This document shows, in pieces, positions 1 to 11,890 of a stretch of DNA of 64,000 bases. A program made the translations under genes and the position numbers. The notes below the pieces were generated by a model. The model had not been told where the DNA came from and ran no database searches. It saw only the letters and a list, made by a program, of their open reading frames with translations. How positions within the stretch are numbered: the first letter of the stretch is position 1; every line of letters begins with the position of its first letter. The stretch comes from Marsupella aquatica (Eukaryota; Plantae; Marchantiophyta), in the NCBI GenBank assembly GCA_973895155.1, contig OZ316899.1:393473-457472 (forward strand). Reading direction: 5' to 3'.

Positions 1-124
1 AGGAAGATGCATGCAGTGCAAGTTTGCCGACGGACAGGAGATCTCCAAAAACTAGTCAAGACCTGATAGCCTGGCCTTACGAGGGTAGAGGCGATGAGCT
101 TATGATTGTAAAGAGACCGGTACA

Positions 125-138
125 TCGTGCTGATAACG
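125..138 (-). promoter_or_regulatory. Primer-binding site of Copia element B (half-tRNA-Ile type)
   Basis: TCGTGCTGATAACG directly abuts the LTR at 139; the identical 14-mer lies at 4727-4740 next to the other Copia LTR. Confidence 0.7.
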
Positions 139-300
139 TGTTACAAGGTAGGTAACCTTGTGATAGAACGACACACCAATACACCAGCAAGAATGATGAT
201 ATTCATTAGAGGTCCAAGAGGTATATACAAATGGTGGGTAGTTATGGTAACTACCTCTTCCCTAAACTCTAGATGTTAACCTAATCCATGGGTTATAACA
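139..300 (-). mobile_element. 5' LTR (162 bp, TG...CA) of a second Bianca-like Copia element nested in the RT of element A; its internal region runs off the window start
   Basis: TGTTA...TAACA termini, followed on the minus strand by the same PBS as element A; only patchy similarity to LTR 4741-4918 (shared GGTAG...AACTACCTCT motif); element A RT breaks off here. Confidence 0.65.
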
Positions 301-309
301 ATTACCGGA

Positions 310-3300
310 CTCATATCCTTTTGGGAAGTTCTGCATATTGAACTGTTTAAGTATTCTCTTGGTGTATGTTGACTGGTTTATCAGTATGCCAATAGGGAGA
401 TAATCAAACTGTATGCCCATGCAGTAGCTTGGTTCACCAATATCCTTCATCCCAAAGACTCCCTTCAATGTTGCTATTGTGTTTGCAATTAAGCTGGGAG
501 TTCCAAAAATGTTGATATCATCTACGTAAAGTGCAAGAATGAAAAATTCCTTGCCCTCATGTTTGAGGAATAAACAAGGTGCTATGTCTTCATTAATGAA
601 GTTTAAGGCTAGCATTTCTGCCTTGAGTCTTTTATACCAGATTCTACCGCTCTGTTTTAGGCCATTTATTGAGCTTAGCACCTGTATTGCAAAGGCCTGC
701 CTTTGTTTATTTTCTTGGGCATCCATTGGTACATCTAATTCTATTTCCTTGAGTGTGTTTAGCACACTGTCTAACCAGTTGTTGTTTTTGCTTGTTCGGA
801 GGTCCTCCATGGTTATTATGCCCCTTCCAGTGCTCAGTAGGAGTTTCACTGGGCAGTCCAGCTTTGTGCCAATTAGGTGTGTGTAGCACACCTTGTGAAT
901 GGTGGACAGTAGGTCCTTTTTTCCACGTATCAGTAATTTGATTAATGCAGATAATAATTCTGGCTCTAATTTTTTTGCCTCTCCCCCTGAATATGAAACT
1001 CCACTCTTGTGAGTAATTCGGGGGGTGCTTTCATATAAATCTCAGTGTCCAGGATGCCGTGTAGGTATGCCGTGACTATGGTCCATCAAATGCATGACCA
1101 ATTTATGAATCAGTGCAAAAGCAATCATGTACCTGTATGTTGTTGCGTCCATAACTGGGGAGTATGTCAAGTCATAGTCTTTGCCATATATTTGTGTATA
1201 GCCTTTGGCGACCAGTCAAGCTTTACATCATACCACTTCTCCTTTTGCATTTCTTTCCCTCATGAATGTAAACTTGTACCCTGTGAAGCTTTTTTCTGGT
1301 GGGACAGATATTATTGGGCCAAAAATGTGTCTCTTTATAAGTGAGTCTAATTCTGAATTGATTGCCTCCTCCCATAGTGGCCAGTCCTCTTTGTTTTGTG
1401 CTTCCTGGACTGTGAGGGGGTCTGGTGTGTCATTTGTAATCTCTTGTGATATCAAGAATGCAAATTGGTCATCAATTTTGATGTTTTCTCTGGACCAAAC
1501 CTGCCCTCTGTGTGTATACTATATTGAGATTTCTTCATTATCTATTTGAGTGTTAACCTCCATTTTGACCGGGGTCTGTTCCGCTCCCTGTTCCAATGTG
1601 GGTATTGGATTCCTTCTTTGTCGGGGACAAATATCTTTAGACCCCTGGGGGCGTCCCCTCTTAGCTCTTGGTGGGGCCTCTGCTGTTGTCATGTTTGTTG
1701 GTTTCACTCTAGCGGGAGCATTCACAACCTCTATGTGGGACCGTGTGACCTTAGCGGCATCGTTAAATGCATCAGGTAATTTGTCTAACATTTGGTTCAA
1801 ATGTAGGACACGCTGAACCTCCTCATCTGTCTGTCAAGTTCTAGGGTCATTCAAAAATGTGGTCTTTGTTTGCCACATTAACTTAGATACACTTGTTGTA
1901 TCCTCAGTCCTTTCTGATCCCAAGGTCATGTATACGTTCTCAAAGAAGTTACAGTCTTGGAATCTAGCTTTATAAACGTCCCTTGTTGTTGGTTCTAGGA
2001 ATCTTATTATAGATGGCGAGTCAAGCCTATATATATTCCTTTATGGCGTTGGGGGCCCATTTTAGTGCGTTTGGGGCCCAATATTGGGCCTAACATGTGG
2101 CATCCAAATGTTCGTAGGTGGGGGATGTCCGAGGGCAGGCCAAATGCAATGTGGAGAGGAGACGTGGAATTAAATGATGAAGGTCTGTATTTCAATAGGG
2201 AAGCTACATGTAGTATTGCATGTCCCCATGCAATGGCAAGTAGTTTTGTTTGCATTAGGAGTGGGCATACAATCATCTATAGTCGTTTGATAACCGACTC
2301 TGCTATGCCATTTTGAAAATGTACATAGGAAACAGGTACTGGGCGTTTATTCCTGAAATAAGACAGAAGTCATCAAAAGTTGTTCAACTAAACTCTTTGG
2401 CTCCATCAACTTGTAAATTCTGTATAGGGTTTTCTGGGAACTGCGCTTTTAACTTAAGCATGTTGGCCAGGATTTGTGAGAAGACCAGATTTCTTGTGGA
2501 TAACAGTGATACCTGTGACCACTTAGTAGAGGAATCGATGATGACTAAAAAGAATCTAAGTGGTCTGCTAGGTGGTTCAATAGGACCACAACGTCCGCAT
2601 TTAGTTGTTCTAAGAAATTTGGAATAGAGTGGGCTGTTTTAAAGATTGCTGGGCGGACTGTCAACTTGCCTTGGGAGCAGGCCATACATGGGTCTTTCAT
2701 CATGGATGTTTGGGCAGCTGGTGGTATGCCTATGGAATCTTTAAGAATTCTGCTGTACAAGCTTGTACCCGTGTATGTGGCCCAACCTTTTGCACCACAA
2801 TTCTGCAAGGCTTTTGGTGCTTAGTTCAGCGGAGTATGCCTGTATTTGTGTCACATACTGGGGGTTGTGAGGAAGTGTCTCCTTAATATGCAGGCCCTCA
2901 TGATCTTTCTGGAGTATTTGAAGAACTTCTCTTTTCTCCTGGTTGCTAGTGTGTACTACATGCATTCTATTTGCTCTGATATCTTGGAACTTATAAGGTT
3001 TCTTGTGGCTGTAGGTGCGTATATTGCCGCTGCTATTTTAAGGACTGTGCTTTTGGGGAATATTACCATAGCTGGGCCATGTCCTTCCTTGATTTGCTTC
3101 TGACCCGTGATCGTGGTCATTTTTCTGGATGAAGGTGTAATGCTAGTGAAATATCTCTTATTTCTTAAAATTGAATGTGACGTTCCACTGTCCACAATGC
3201 AATTTGTTGGTTCTTCCAAGGGGAATGTGGCATCATCATATATAATTGTGTGGGATTCTGGTGATGCTGGTGCTTTAACGTATTTTGCCAGATCTTTGTC

Positions 3301-3900
3301 AATTTCCAGATAATTGCCTTGTGGTACATTGTTCGATTTATTTATGCTTTCTTGGTATAGTTTGGCCAGATGTGTGGGTATTTCGCACTCTTTCTTATAT
3401 GTCCTTAGATCCACATCTATAGCATTTTGGAGTGTTAGGATTCATATCTGTTGGGGCCATAAACCTTTGCCATAAAAATGTCCACCCCTCCCCCTCAAGG
3501 TACCCCTTCCCCTAGGGCCTCTCTGATCAATATTGCTATTATATGCGGCTGGTGCATGAGTTTTTGTGGGAGGTGGGAGGGTTCCTGGTGGTCTTGATTT
3601 TGAATTTTCTAGGAGTAAAATTTGGTGCTTCTCTGCTATAAGCATTTGTGCTATGAGTTGTGAATATTGCATAAAATTCATATTTTGATATTGGGCCGAT
3701 AAGACAAGGTTTGTTGCATGGAACGTTGATAAGGTCCTTTCTATTTGCTCAGCATCATCGACCGGGTGTCCATATACGGCAAGTTGGGACACTATCCTAA
3801 ACAATTTGCTATTATACTCTGCCACCATTTTATGGTCCTAAACTCTAAGGTTAATCTAGTCATGTCTCGCAGCAGGTAAGGAGACCAATCTCATATGATC
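310..3900 (-). pseudogene. Copia gag-pol pseudogene (gag, protease, integrase, RT), fragmented by stops and frameshifts
   Basis: Gag AEYNSKLFRIVSQL...TLSTFHATNLVL (3442-3828, Bianca-like); PR CIVDSGTSHSIL (2956-3414); LWCKRLGH; INT end HLRTFGC...RTKMGPQR (2007-2276); RT GLKQSGRIWY...LYVDDINIFG (262-891). Confidence 0.88.
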
Positions 3901-4740
3901 AAATCATAGTTTTAACTCGTCCCATAGTTTTCTCGGATTGTATTCATTTAGGTACTGGATTTTAGGGATTTGGCTAGGTGATGTCGTATTAAGATTAATG
4001 CCTTGGCTTTTTCTTGTAATGTAGGGCCGTTATCTATGATGATGGTATCCGGAATAGTTTTGGCTGCAAGGTGGGCCTCCATATCCAGGCTTCACAAAAG
4101 ATAGTTATGCCCATCGATGGCTAGTGCATGAAAACTCAAATTTTTGAGTGTGTTCATAGTTATGCTTTCAACTATCTTTGCAGGATTTAGTCAGTTCCCC
4201 ATCGGATAGATCATGCCTGATTGGAGGTTATCAGGATTTGAGTGTATATCTGTTTTGAGTCCTAGCACATTTGTGTAATTACGTAGGGTCTGTCCTATTC
4301 ATTTGGATAATTTGGCGCTAAGCAAGCCTATGCTCGGTCAATCTGCTTGGTTAATCAGGGGTAATGTCACCCTATAAATTGATCTTGGCAAAATTTGACT
4401 TTAAGCAATAATATTTGTGGTCTATATGCAAACCCAACAAGTTTATAAGCTTGTATGCTTTATAAACTTGTCAATGTATATTGGAGATTAAGTGGAATTG
4501 AATGAATTTGCAAGATTGGTCAATAAATCTTATATTCTTTGTGTGGGTTACTACTGATTTTGGGCAATTGTTCCTCCCGCCTCCAGATTTGTGATCCATT
4601 TAATAGGTCCAAATTTTGTCCAATCTCTTCAGATTTCAACTTTCTCTTCAAATTGCAAGTCCAGGCCACTCTCACACAAGAAGCTATCTGATCTGTGGAT
4701 CGCTTAATGTAATGCTCAGCCATACATCGTGCTGATAACG

Positions 4741-4918
4741 TGTTATATTATAAGGATACCATAGCTAATATACTACAAGCTCCAACATATATTATTATTA
4801 TCAATAGAGTTTGTACATCTCCTAGGTAAGATATAAGGGGTGAGAGGTAGGTGGTTATAACTACCTCTAAACCTATCTAACTAGGGTATCTTACTGGGTT
4901 TAGCTTTAACTCACAACA
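4741..4918 (-). repeat. 5' LTR of Copia A (178 bp)
   Basis: TGTTA...CAACA termini with PBS immediately internal. Confidence 0.75.
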
Positions 4919-7390
4919 TGGTTGAGTCAAGCATCTTTGAATTCTTTGACTCAACTTTCAACAAAGAGGAAAAACCAGAATGGGTGACTAATGTGGAGAA
5001 GTGGGGAGTCGTAGAACTTGACTACCTTAACACTTAGGTCTGGCGTCGCTGACTTCGACGCCGAGTTCCCTTATGGTCCAGGCCCGGATAGGCCATCCGG
5101 GGAGGACTTAGCATGGGGAGACTTGTGGGCAACGAGATGTGGCGCTAGCGAAGGCAAGGAGCCAAGCTGGTGACACACACACTAAGGACTTGGACTAGTT
5201 GAGAGCTTGTCAGGTTAAGGGGAAATGGGCCGGGCTCAAGGACGACCGTCCGGACCTTCGGATAGACTTTCAATTTTGAGGGCTTGAGTGTGAGCTCCTC
5301 TTGGGCCCAAGGCCAATGGAGTTGACGCCATGGGCAACGGATGCTTGGGGCGCAAGTTATGGCCCGATCTGGGTTGGGCCGATTGAGGGCCCCAAGCGGC
5401 GATGAGACCTGAGGGCCTAGGCATGAGCACTGGGTCGGCCCGATCACAACGGGCTAAGGCACTCTGCTTGCGGATGCCTAACAAGAAAGTTATGGGCGTT
5501 GCCAGTTGGTGGCGCGCCCATTATGCGCGATAGGTTCCGGGTTGGGGGCCAAATGTTTAGGGACCAAAGCTGATCCGGGGGTGGCAGGTCTCCAGAATAA
5601 TATATGAGGGGAGTGGTGTCTCCTTGGGGGCTAAGGGCGAGCCGAAGTCGTGAGCCGCGGCGGTTGCGACACTAAGGGAAACTGCCAAACAGAAACCACA
5701 ATATCTTCCCAACGGGAAGTCCGTTGGAGGCAAGGCCAAGTACGTGTGGAGGTTGAGTTCCAAGAGTGTTCGGCCCCTAGACCATCAGTGAGGCAAATTG
5801 GGAGTTGGTTGCTAGAGTCGGGGCCATTCTGGTCCCGACGTGTTGGGACAAGCTTGGGACAAGCTTTAGGACAAGCTACGCTATTTGGGCCATGAGCATG
5901 TCCTGGGGTCAGGGCAGTCAGTTGGTGATGGATAGGTACGAGGGGGAACCTGGGCCGCGCCCAAGGAAGGAGTTGTTCTGGACGAACAGTGGGCGTGGGT
6001 TCTGGTTCCGGCTTATGGCATCGGGAGGACCTATCATTGACCTATTTACCAATGTCTGTTGAGCTCGAGTTAGGATGCTAGACTTGGCGAGTTCTAGATC
6101 CTGAAGGGTTACTTACCAAGGTGCTTGGTTGCCTGTGCAAACAGTGAGGACCGTTGAGTAGCGGTTGTGTTGGAGAGTAAGTGCGGCTTTGTATGGGAGG
6201 GGCCGCTAGTGGTGCAAGGGGCACTAGGGTGCTCGCTCGAGGTATTCCGTGGAGGCATTCAGGCACCATGGGCACTTAGGCGTGAGTGTTGGGATTGGTG
6301 AGGGCGCTGGGTGGCTAGGTCCACCACTTGGGGGAAGGATCTAGTTAAGTTGGGATATAAAGAAAAGGGCGCTATTTGGTGTGGAAAAGAAAGATGGTTT
6401 GGAGTTGACGCAGGCTTCATTTACCTTCCGACATGGTTCAAACCAACAATCCTTGACAAGAAAGTTCCAAAATGGAACATGCCAAATCAGTCCATGGCTA
6501 GTTGTTTTTTCAAATCCATGGACCCTTTTTTATCAGACAACGGGGTCCTCGCAATTTTGCACATCGGAGAGTACGATCCCATGTCTCAAGTCATTGCTGC
6601 CTTTCAGAGAATCAATGTTTGCTGGGAATGCTTGTCTGGCTGTTGGTTTTATGCAATTTGTCATTGAGCTTGTCATCCGTCCTTTGTTGCAGGAGATTTT
6701 TTGGGACGCTTTGAACTTGGTATAGAACATAGGAAAGACTTTATTGAAACCGCTTCAAAGGTTTTCATTGATTTGTTGTCACCCAAAGAGATTCAGGGTT
6801 TACCTCCTCTTGTTCCTTTGAGCAACAAAAAGAAGCAAGATAAGCTTCAATGGATTCTCAATTTTGATTCTGATGATGAGTCCAGCAATGGTGGAGAGCA
6901 ACAAGCTACGGGGCACTCAGGGGAGGAAAAGGGAGAGGCTGGTGTATCTCCTGACAGAAGTGATAGTGATGACTCTTTTGAATAATTTTTGTAAACTCAT
7001 AAGCTTCTTTCTCCATTCCCGTCCATTTTTACCAATGTTGTTTGGTTGTGGAAACAAGTACCTGAAGTGCTGCCATTTCCTTTCATCAGGTCAAAATGGA
7101 ATGCTAGGAGATGTTTCAAGCTCCAAATAGCACGACATGACATAGCAACACCAAAAAAACCTTTTGTGTTGCCCTCCTATGCAGAGAAAGCCAGAAGAAA
7201 AGTTGAGAGTACTAGGACACTTTGTTGGGAAAACAAAGGTCTTAGGTTATGAAGGGGCGTTGGTAGGAAGTTCATTAAAAATCCTTATGTAGATGACATT
7301 TCTTGGAGCCAGTACGTAGATGATGAAGCTATCTCCACAGACAGGTCACAAAGTACAGATTCAAAATCAGAATCTTATGAATCATGAATA
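4917..7390 (+). pseudogene. Old degenerate ORF of unknown function, split by the solo-LTR-like insertion at 5007-6328
   Basis: Removing 5007-6328 plus one TGGGG copy restores an in-frame read VESSIFEFFDSTFNKEEKPEWVTNVEKW-GKDLVKLGYKEKG...; further fragments at 6701-6985 and 7046-7390. Confidence 0.4.
5007..6328 (-). mobile_element. Solo-LTR-like element, AGT...ACT family, copy 1 (about 170 bp internal deletion)
   Basis: Ends AGTCGTAGA / TCCACCACT; flanked by 5-bp TSD TGGGG (5002-5006, 6329-6333); homologous to copies 2 and 3. Confidence 0.85.
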
Positions 7391-9299
7391 GGTATTTAGG
7401 AAGTGATGGAGGATTTCTCTAACAAGCGCCAGACGCTAGTACAAAATTGTATTCAATTCCTTTGTTGAGGTTCCCTATAAATTCAAAAGTTTTGTTGTGT
7501 TTTTTACTAGCACCTGGCGCTCACCAAATGACGGTTCACTGCATGAAGATGTCCTTGTTTGATTGGATTGGTTTTTCACATTTGTCCGTTCAATTTTTAT
7601 TGTGTCTTGGCAACGGTCACTATGATGAGACAAAATGCATGTCGTCGGACATACAAGATACATTTCAGAACCCAACATCTATCTGATATGTGTCAGTTAG
7701 GGTGCCCAAGGAAATTATTTTTTCCTTATTGACCCACGCAAGCATTCTAAGTGCTTGTATATACCCCGACCTTTGGCGGATGAGTACCCTTAGTTGACTG
7801 TGTGCGCATTTGGCAAGAGTGGACATTAAAACTCTTGGTGGCTATCATTCAACACGGAGAGGAAAAACAATATATGACTTGGTTGGGTGGGAGGCAGTGT
7901 TTGTCGCTTCTAGAGTTTGTCATGAGGAGAGTCATTTCAGCTCTTTTGAGTTGAAGATTGAGTCCAAGGATACTGAAACCTCCACTTTTGGAATTGTCAT
8001 GCCTTTACTAGATGATGAGGCTATTAATCCTGGAGAGAAGAACTTGCTGTGTGCTGCCGAGTCTCCTCCGCTGCCGTTTGCTAGGAGGTTTTCATCTCAT
8101 CAGGCTGCACCTATCAATAGTATGCTCCCAATTGAACGGAGAGTTCAAGAAATGTTTGGATGAGTGGACTTTGAGGACAGTAACATCCCCAATGACAGTT
8201 TCAAGAGGGCAGTGCATTGGGGACCTTCTCAGAGATACATTCAATTGCAAGGTGCTGGATCCAAAAAAGATTGGAAGAGGGAATCGGCTGGAGTGGACGA
8301 TGAATGCAACTTGCAAAGCTAGAGACGCTCTTAATATGTTTAGTCCATATAGTTTTTGATAGCAAACTATGTAAGATCATTTGGATCAGGGATAACTTTA
8401 AGCTAGCGCCAAGCGCTGCTAATGTTTAACCAAACATTTTTGGGCCAGAGCCGAGCGCGGCTTATGTTTATGGGACTTCAAAGCCGATTGTTTGTTGGTT
8501 TTAACCGCATTTTTAGGACCAGCGCGAAGCGCGTTTTTTACTTTACCTTTATATATTACATTTTATTTACCTCCTGTGCATATTGGCAGATTTTTCTTGC
8601 GGGTCGTGTTTGTTTTAATTTCTCAATAATTTGGGTTGTTTTCAAACAACAGTTTTCCATTTTGTTCAATATGATTCCAGGGCATGTGGACGGGGTTAGT
8701 CATCTGAGTATCTATATGATTAGTGCCAAACACTTGTTTAGTCCTGGTTTTTTAATACCACAATTCATTGTTAGCAGAAATTGTTTTCCGGTAACTATAA
8801 TTGTTTGCTATTACTGTTACCTATTTGCTGTCATTTGTAAATTCCCTCCTCATACATCTCTACTAGCTGTTGAGCATAGTTGAGTAGTGTTTGCCAAAAA
8901 TGCCTTGCCAGATTGACCTTGGCCATCAATACTTAGACAAACAGATTACAGTGCTAAAAACCTAAACCTTGCAGTTGACAGTCCTGAGAGTTCCACCCGA
9001 TAAACTGTAATATTCTAGGATGTGAAGAGAGGAATAAACAATGACTTTCTGATCTTCCCTCCTTACCCCATGCCATAGATGGGAGTGTAGTACATACGGT
9101 CATTGGAATACTGGTGTTGAGTGATACCGTATACCCCTAAGTAGCCACCAATTAATCAACATGTGCAAGCTCCTAACTCTAAGCCTAATTCTATACTAGT
9201 TTCTACACTATTTGCTTTAAAAAATCATAACCTATGCTAATAATATACACAAAGCTGGGTGTTTGCCCACATTTTTTTTATACAGTGATCCCGATAAGG

Positions 9300-9390
9300 G
9301 TATCACAATGACTCTATGGTAGAGGTTGCCGTTGCATCTGAACGTTCCACCACAAAATCCATATGCTCCACTATAGGAGCAATGACATCT
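9300..9390 (-). mobile_element. Continuation of the Copia pol fragment at 22340-22870, separated from it by the copy-2 insertion
   Basis: Joining across the CATCT TSD continues the sequence after NLYILQKM. Confidence 0.4.
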
Positions 9391-10769
9391 AGTGGTGAAC
9401 CTTGCCACCCAGCGCCCTCACCAATCCCAACACCCATGTCTAAGTGCCCTTGGTGCCCGAACACCTCCACGGAATACCTTGAGCAAGCAACCCAGTGCCC
9501 CTTGCACCACCAGCGGCCCCTCCCATACAAAGCCGCACTTTCTCTCTCACTGCCGCTACTCAACGGTCCTCATTGTCTGCACAAGCAACCAAGTGTCTCG
9601 GTAAGTAACCCTTTAGGATCTAGATCTCTCCAAGTCTAGCATCCTAACTCAAGCTCAACAGACATTGGTAAGTAGGTCAGCGATAGGTCCTCCCGATGCC
9701 ATACGCCGGAACCAGAACCCACGCCCACTATTCGTCCAGAACAACTCCTTTCTTGGGCGCGGCCCGGGTTCCCCCTCGTACCTATCCATCACCAACTAAC
9801 CGCCCTGACCCCAGGACATGCTTGTGGCCCAAATAGTGTAGCTTGTCCTAAAGCTTGTCCCAACACGTTGGGACCAGAATGGCCCCGACTCTAGCAACCA
9901 ACTCCCAATTCTGGCCCCACTGATAGTCTAGGGCCAAGCACCCTTGGAACTCAACCTCCACGCCTACTTGGCCTTGCCTCCCCAATGCAAGCACCCTTGG
10001 AAGATTGAACGCAGCTTGGCTGCTATTTCGGCAGGATTTGGCAAGCGAGCGAGCTAACACCTACAAACCTCAAGAACCCTTGGCACCCCCAGACCCAAAT
10101 AAGCTTAGGAGAACATAGCCCTCCTTGAGATCTTTCCAATGCACCCAAGAAGTCCTCCAACAGACTTCCCATTGGGAAATATCGGCGTTTCCATTTGGCG
10201 CTTTCCTTTAGTGTTGCGACCGTTGTGGCTCACGACTTCGGCTTGCCCTTAGCCCCCAGGGAGACACCACTCCCCTCATATATGGTTTTGGAGACTGTTA
10301 ACCACCAAAGTTGACTAGTTGCCAGCTCCTGGAGTTAACCATCCTCCGGAACTCCTAACTCCTCCACTATCCTTCTGTGTATCAATTAAACATCATACGG
10401 CTTCAATTGATCAAATTTCTCATTCACTTTTCATCTACTATTCAACCTTTTTGACAAACAATTAGTGATGACCTGTACGATTACTCGAGACAATGATCTA
10501 ACTATTCTTAGTTTGATCCTCCGCCTGTTACTTGAATTGAATGTCAATTTCCCTTTTTCCCTCCAGTTAATGTTTCTTCAAAGAGGAATTCCAAACCCAT
10601 TGTAGAAAGTTCCTCAGACACTGACTCTTCTTCTTCTTCTCCAATAATTCTCACCCAACTCTCAATCATGGCTTTACAATCATTCGGGGCATTTTGTAGC
10701 CCAAATGGGATGTGTTCCAATTTAAACGACCAATTAAAGGTAGCTAATTCCATGTTACCTACTCCGGGT

Positions 10770-11099
10770 TGTCACACCATTCTGAGTAGTGTAGTAGTAT
10801 ATCGTGCTATTAGAGTATGTACGGTTGGTATGAGTGCTATTGGAGCCGATAAGGTTCTGTCAGGTTTGTGTGAGAGGGTACTTCTCACTTGTGAGGCATT
10901 GAAAGGTCATCTTTCAATGTTGAGCCTTGGAGAGAGAGGAGCTTGAGTGTGGCTATGGTGGCTGTGAGCTCCGCTTGTGTAACGTGGATTCCTTGAGTAG
11001 TGCAAGGTGCGTTGCCTTGACATACGTGTGTGATCGGATCAGTGCGGGATCGATGGGGTATTGTTGACCGAGATCGTTGTGCCGATTGGATGGAGATTA
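10770..11099 (+). repeat. Terminal repeat A1 (330 bp)
   Basis: Matches 19868-20205 apart from 3 substitutions and one 8-nt indel that I could see. Confidence 0.95.
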
Positions 11100-11110
11100 C
11101 ATTGAAAGAT
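11100..11110 (+). promoter_or_regulatory. Putative self-priming PBS (CATTGAAAGAT)
   Basis: Exact reverse complement of ATCTTTCAATG at 10909-10919 inside repeat A; no tRNA-iMet PBS present. Confidence 0.7.
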
Positions 11111-11370
11111 CACATTCGAAATCTGTTGTACGGACTGTGCGGACAGAAGTTTGATTGATTGAGTTGTCGACGGTTCGTGGTAGCTCGGATTGTGTGCTGT
11201 TATCGAACAGATCGTTGGTATCTTGACCTGTATCGTTGTTGTCCGATCGGCCTGCTTCCCGATCGATGTACAGATCTGTGATTGGTGACAGGTTTTGAGT
11301 TGGAGGTCGATCGATGATTCGTGGAGGAAAGCGAATGTTGAGTAGATGTTGGACAGTGGAAGTCAATCTG

Positions 11371-11460
11371 TGAGGCTTCAGATCCGATTGTCGACTACTA
11401 TGAGGCTTCAGATCTGATTGTCGGCTACTGTGGGGCTTCAGATCTGATTGCCGGCTATTG
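11371..11460 (+). repeat. 30-bp tandem repeat x3 in the Gypsy 5' leader
   Basis: TGAGGCTTCAGATC(C/T)GATTGTCG(A/G)CTACT(A/G) repeated three times with minor changes. Confidence 0.85.
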
Positions 11461-11696
11461 TTGGACGATGTTGGCAAGGCACAGGTGAAGCGACGGCTCT
11501 TTTCCTGAAGGAACGGAGCTGCCAATGCCCCGTGCGACGGTATCATCGTTTCAGTGAAAGAAACGAGGGTCAAAGGTGTTGAATCAAGCTGCTGCCAGTT
11601 CTGTGGAAGGGCTGCGTTTTTCATGAAGGAAATCGACAGTTTTCGGGAGCTTTTCGTGAAGGAATTAGTCATTTTTGGGGTCAGGTGTGAGGCGCA

Positions 11697-11890
11697 CGAG
11701 GTCACCCATCCCGGAAGTGCTCGCGCGAGGCGACGCGTGAGGTCACCCATCCCGAAAGTGCTCCCAACCGCAAGCGCGAAGTCACCCATCGCGAGCGCAG
11801 GCAGACGCGAGGTCGGGGCTATTCCGGGCCGTGAGCGCGAGGAGAGGCACAAGGTCGAGCGCGAGGAGGTCACCCATCCCGGGGCTATTC
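11697..11890 (+). repeat. Four dispersed GAGGTCACCCATCCCG-like motifs in a CpG-rich leader segment
   Basis: Motif at about 11698, 11739, 11778 (variant) and 11866. Confidence 0.75.

Larger units (their letters stand above)
301..4918 (-). mobile_element. Degenerate Ty1/Copia LTR retrotransposon A, Bianca-like, 3'-truncated
   Basis: LTR 4741-4918, PBS 4727-4740, then gag, PR, GAG-pre-integrase, INT, RT in Copia order on the minus strand. Confidence 0.88.

Noticed and set aside
7810-8883. Short ORFs at 7810-8359 and 8422-8883
   Set aside because: No motifs recognised; likely decayed TE or non-coding sequence.
11371-11460. CRISPR-like array (also considered for 44817-45060 and 24790-25155)
   Set aside because: Contiguous degenerate tandem repeats without unique spacers, eukaryotic context, no cas genes.
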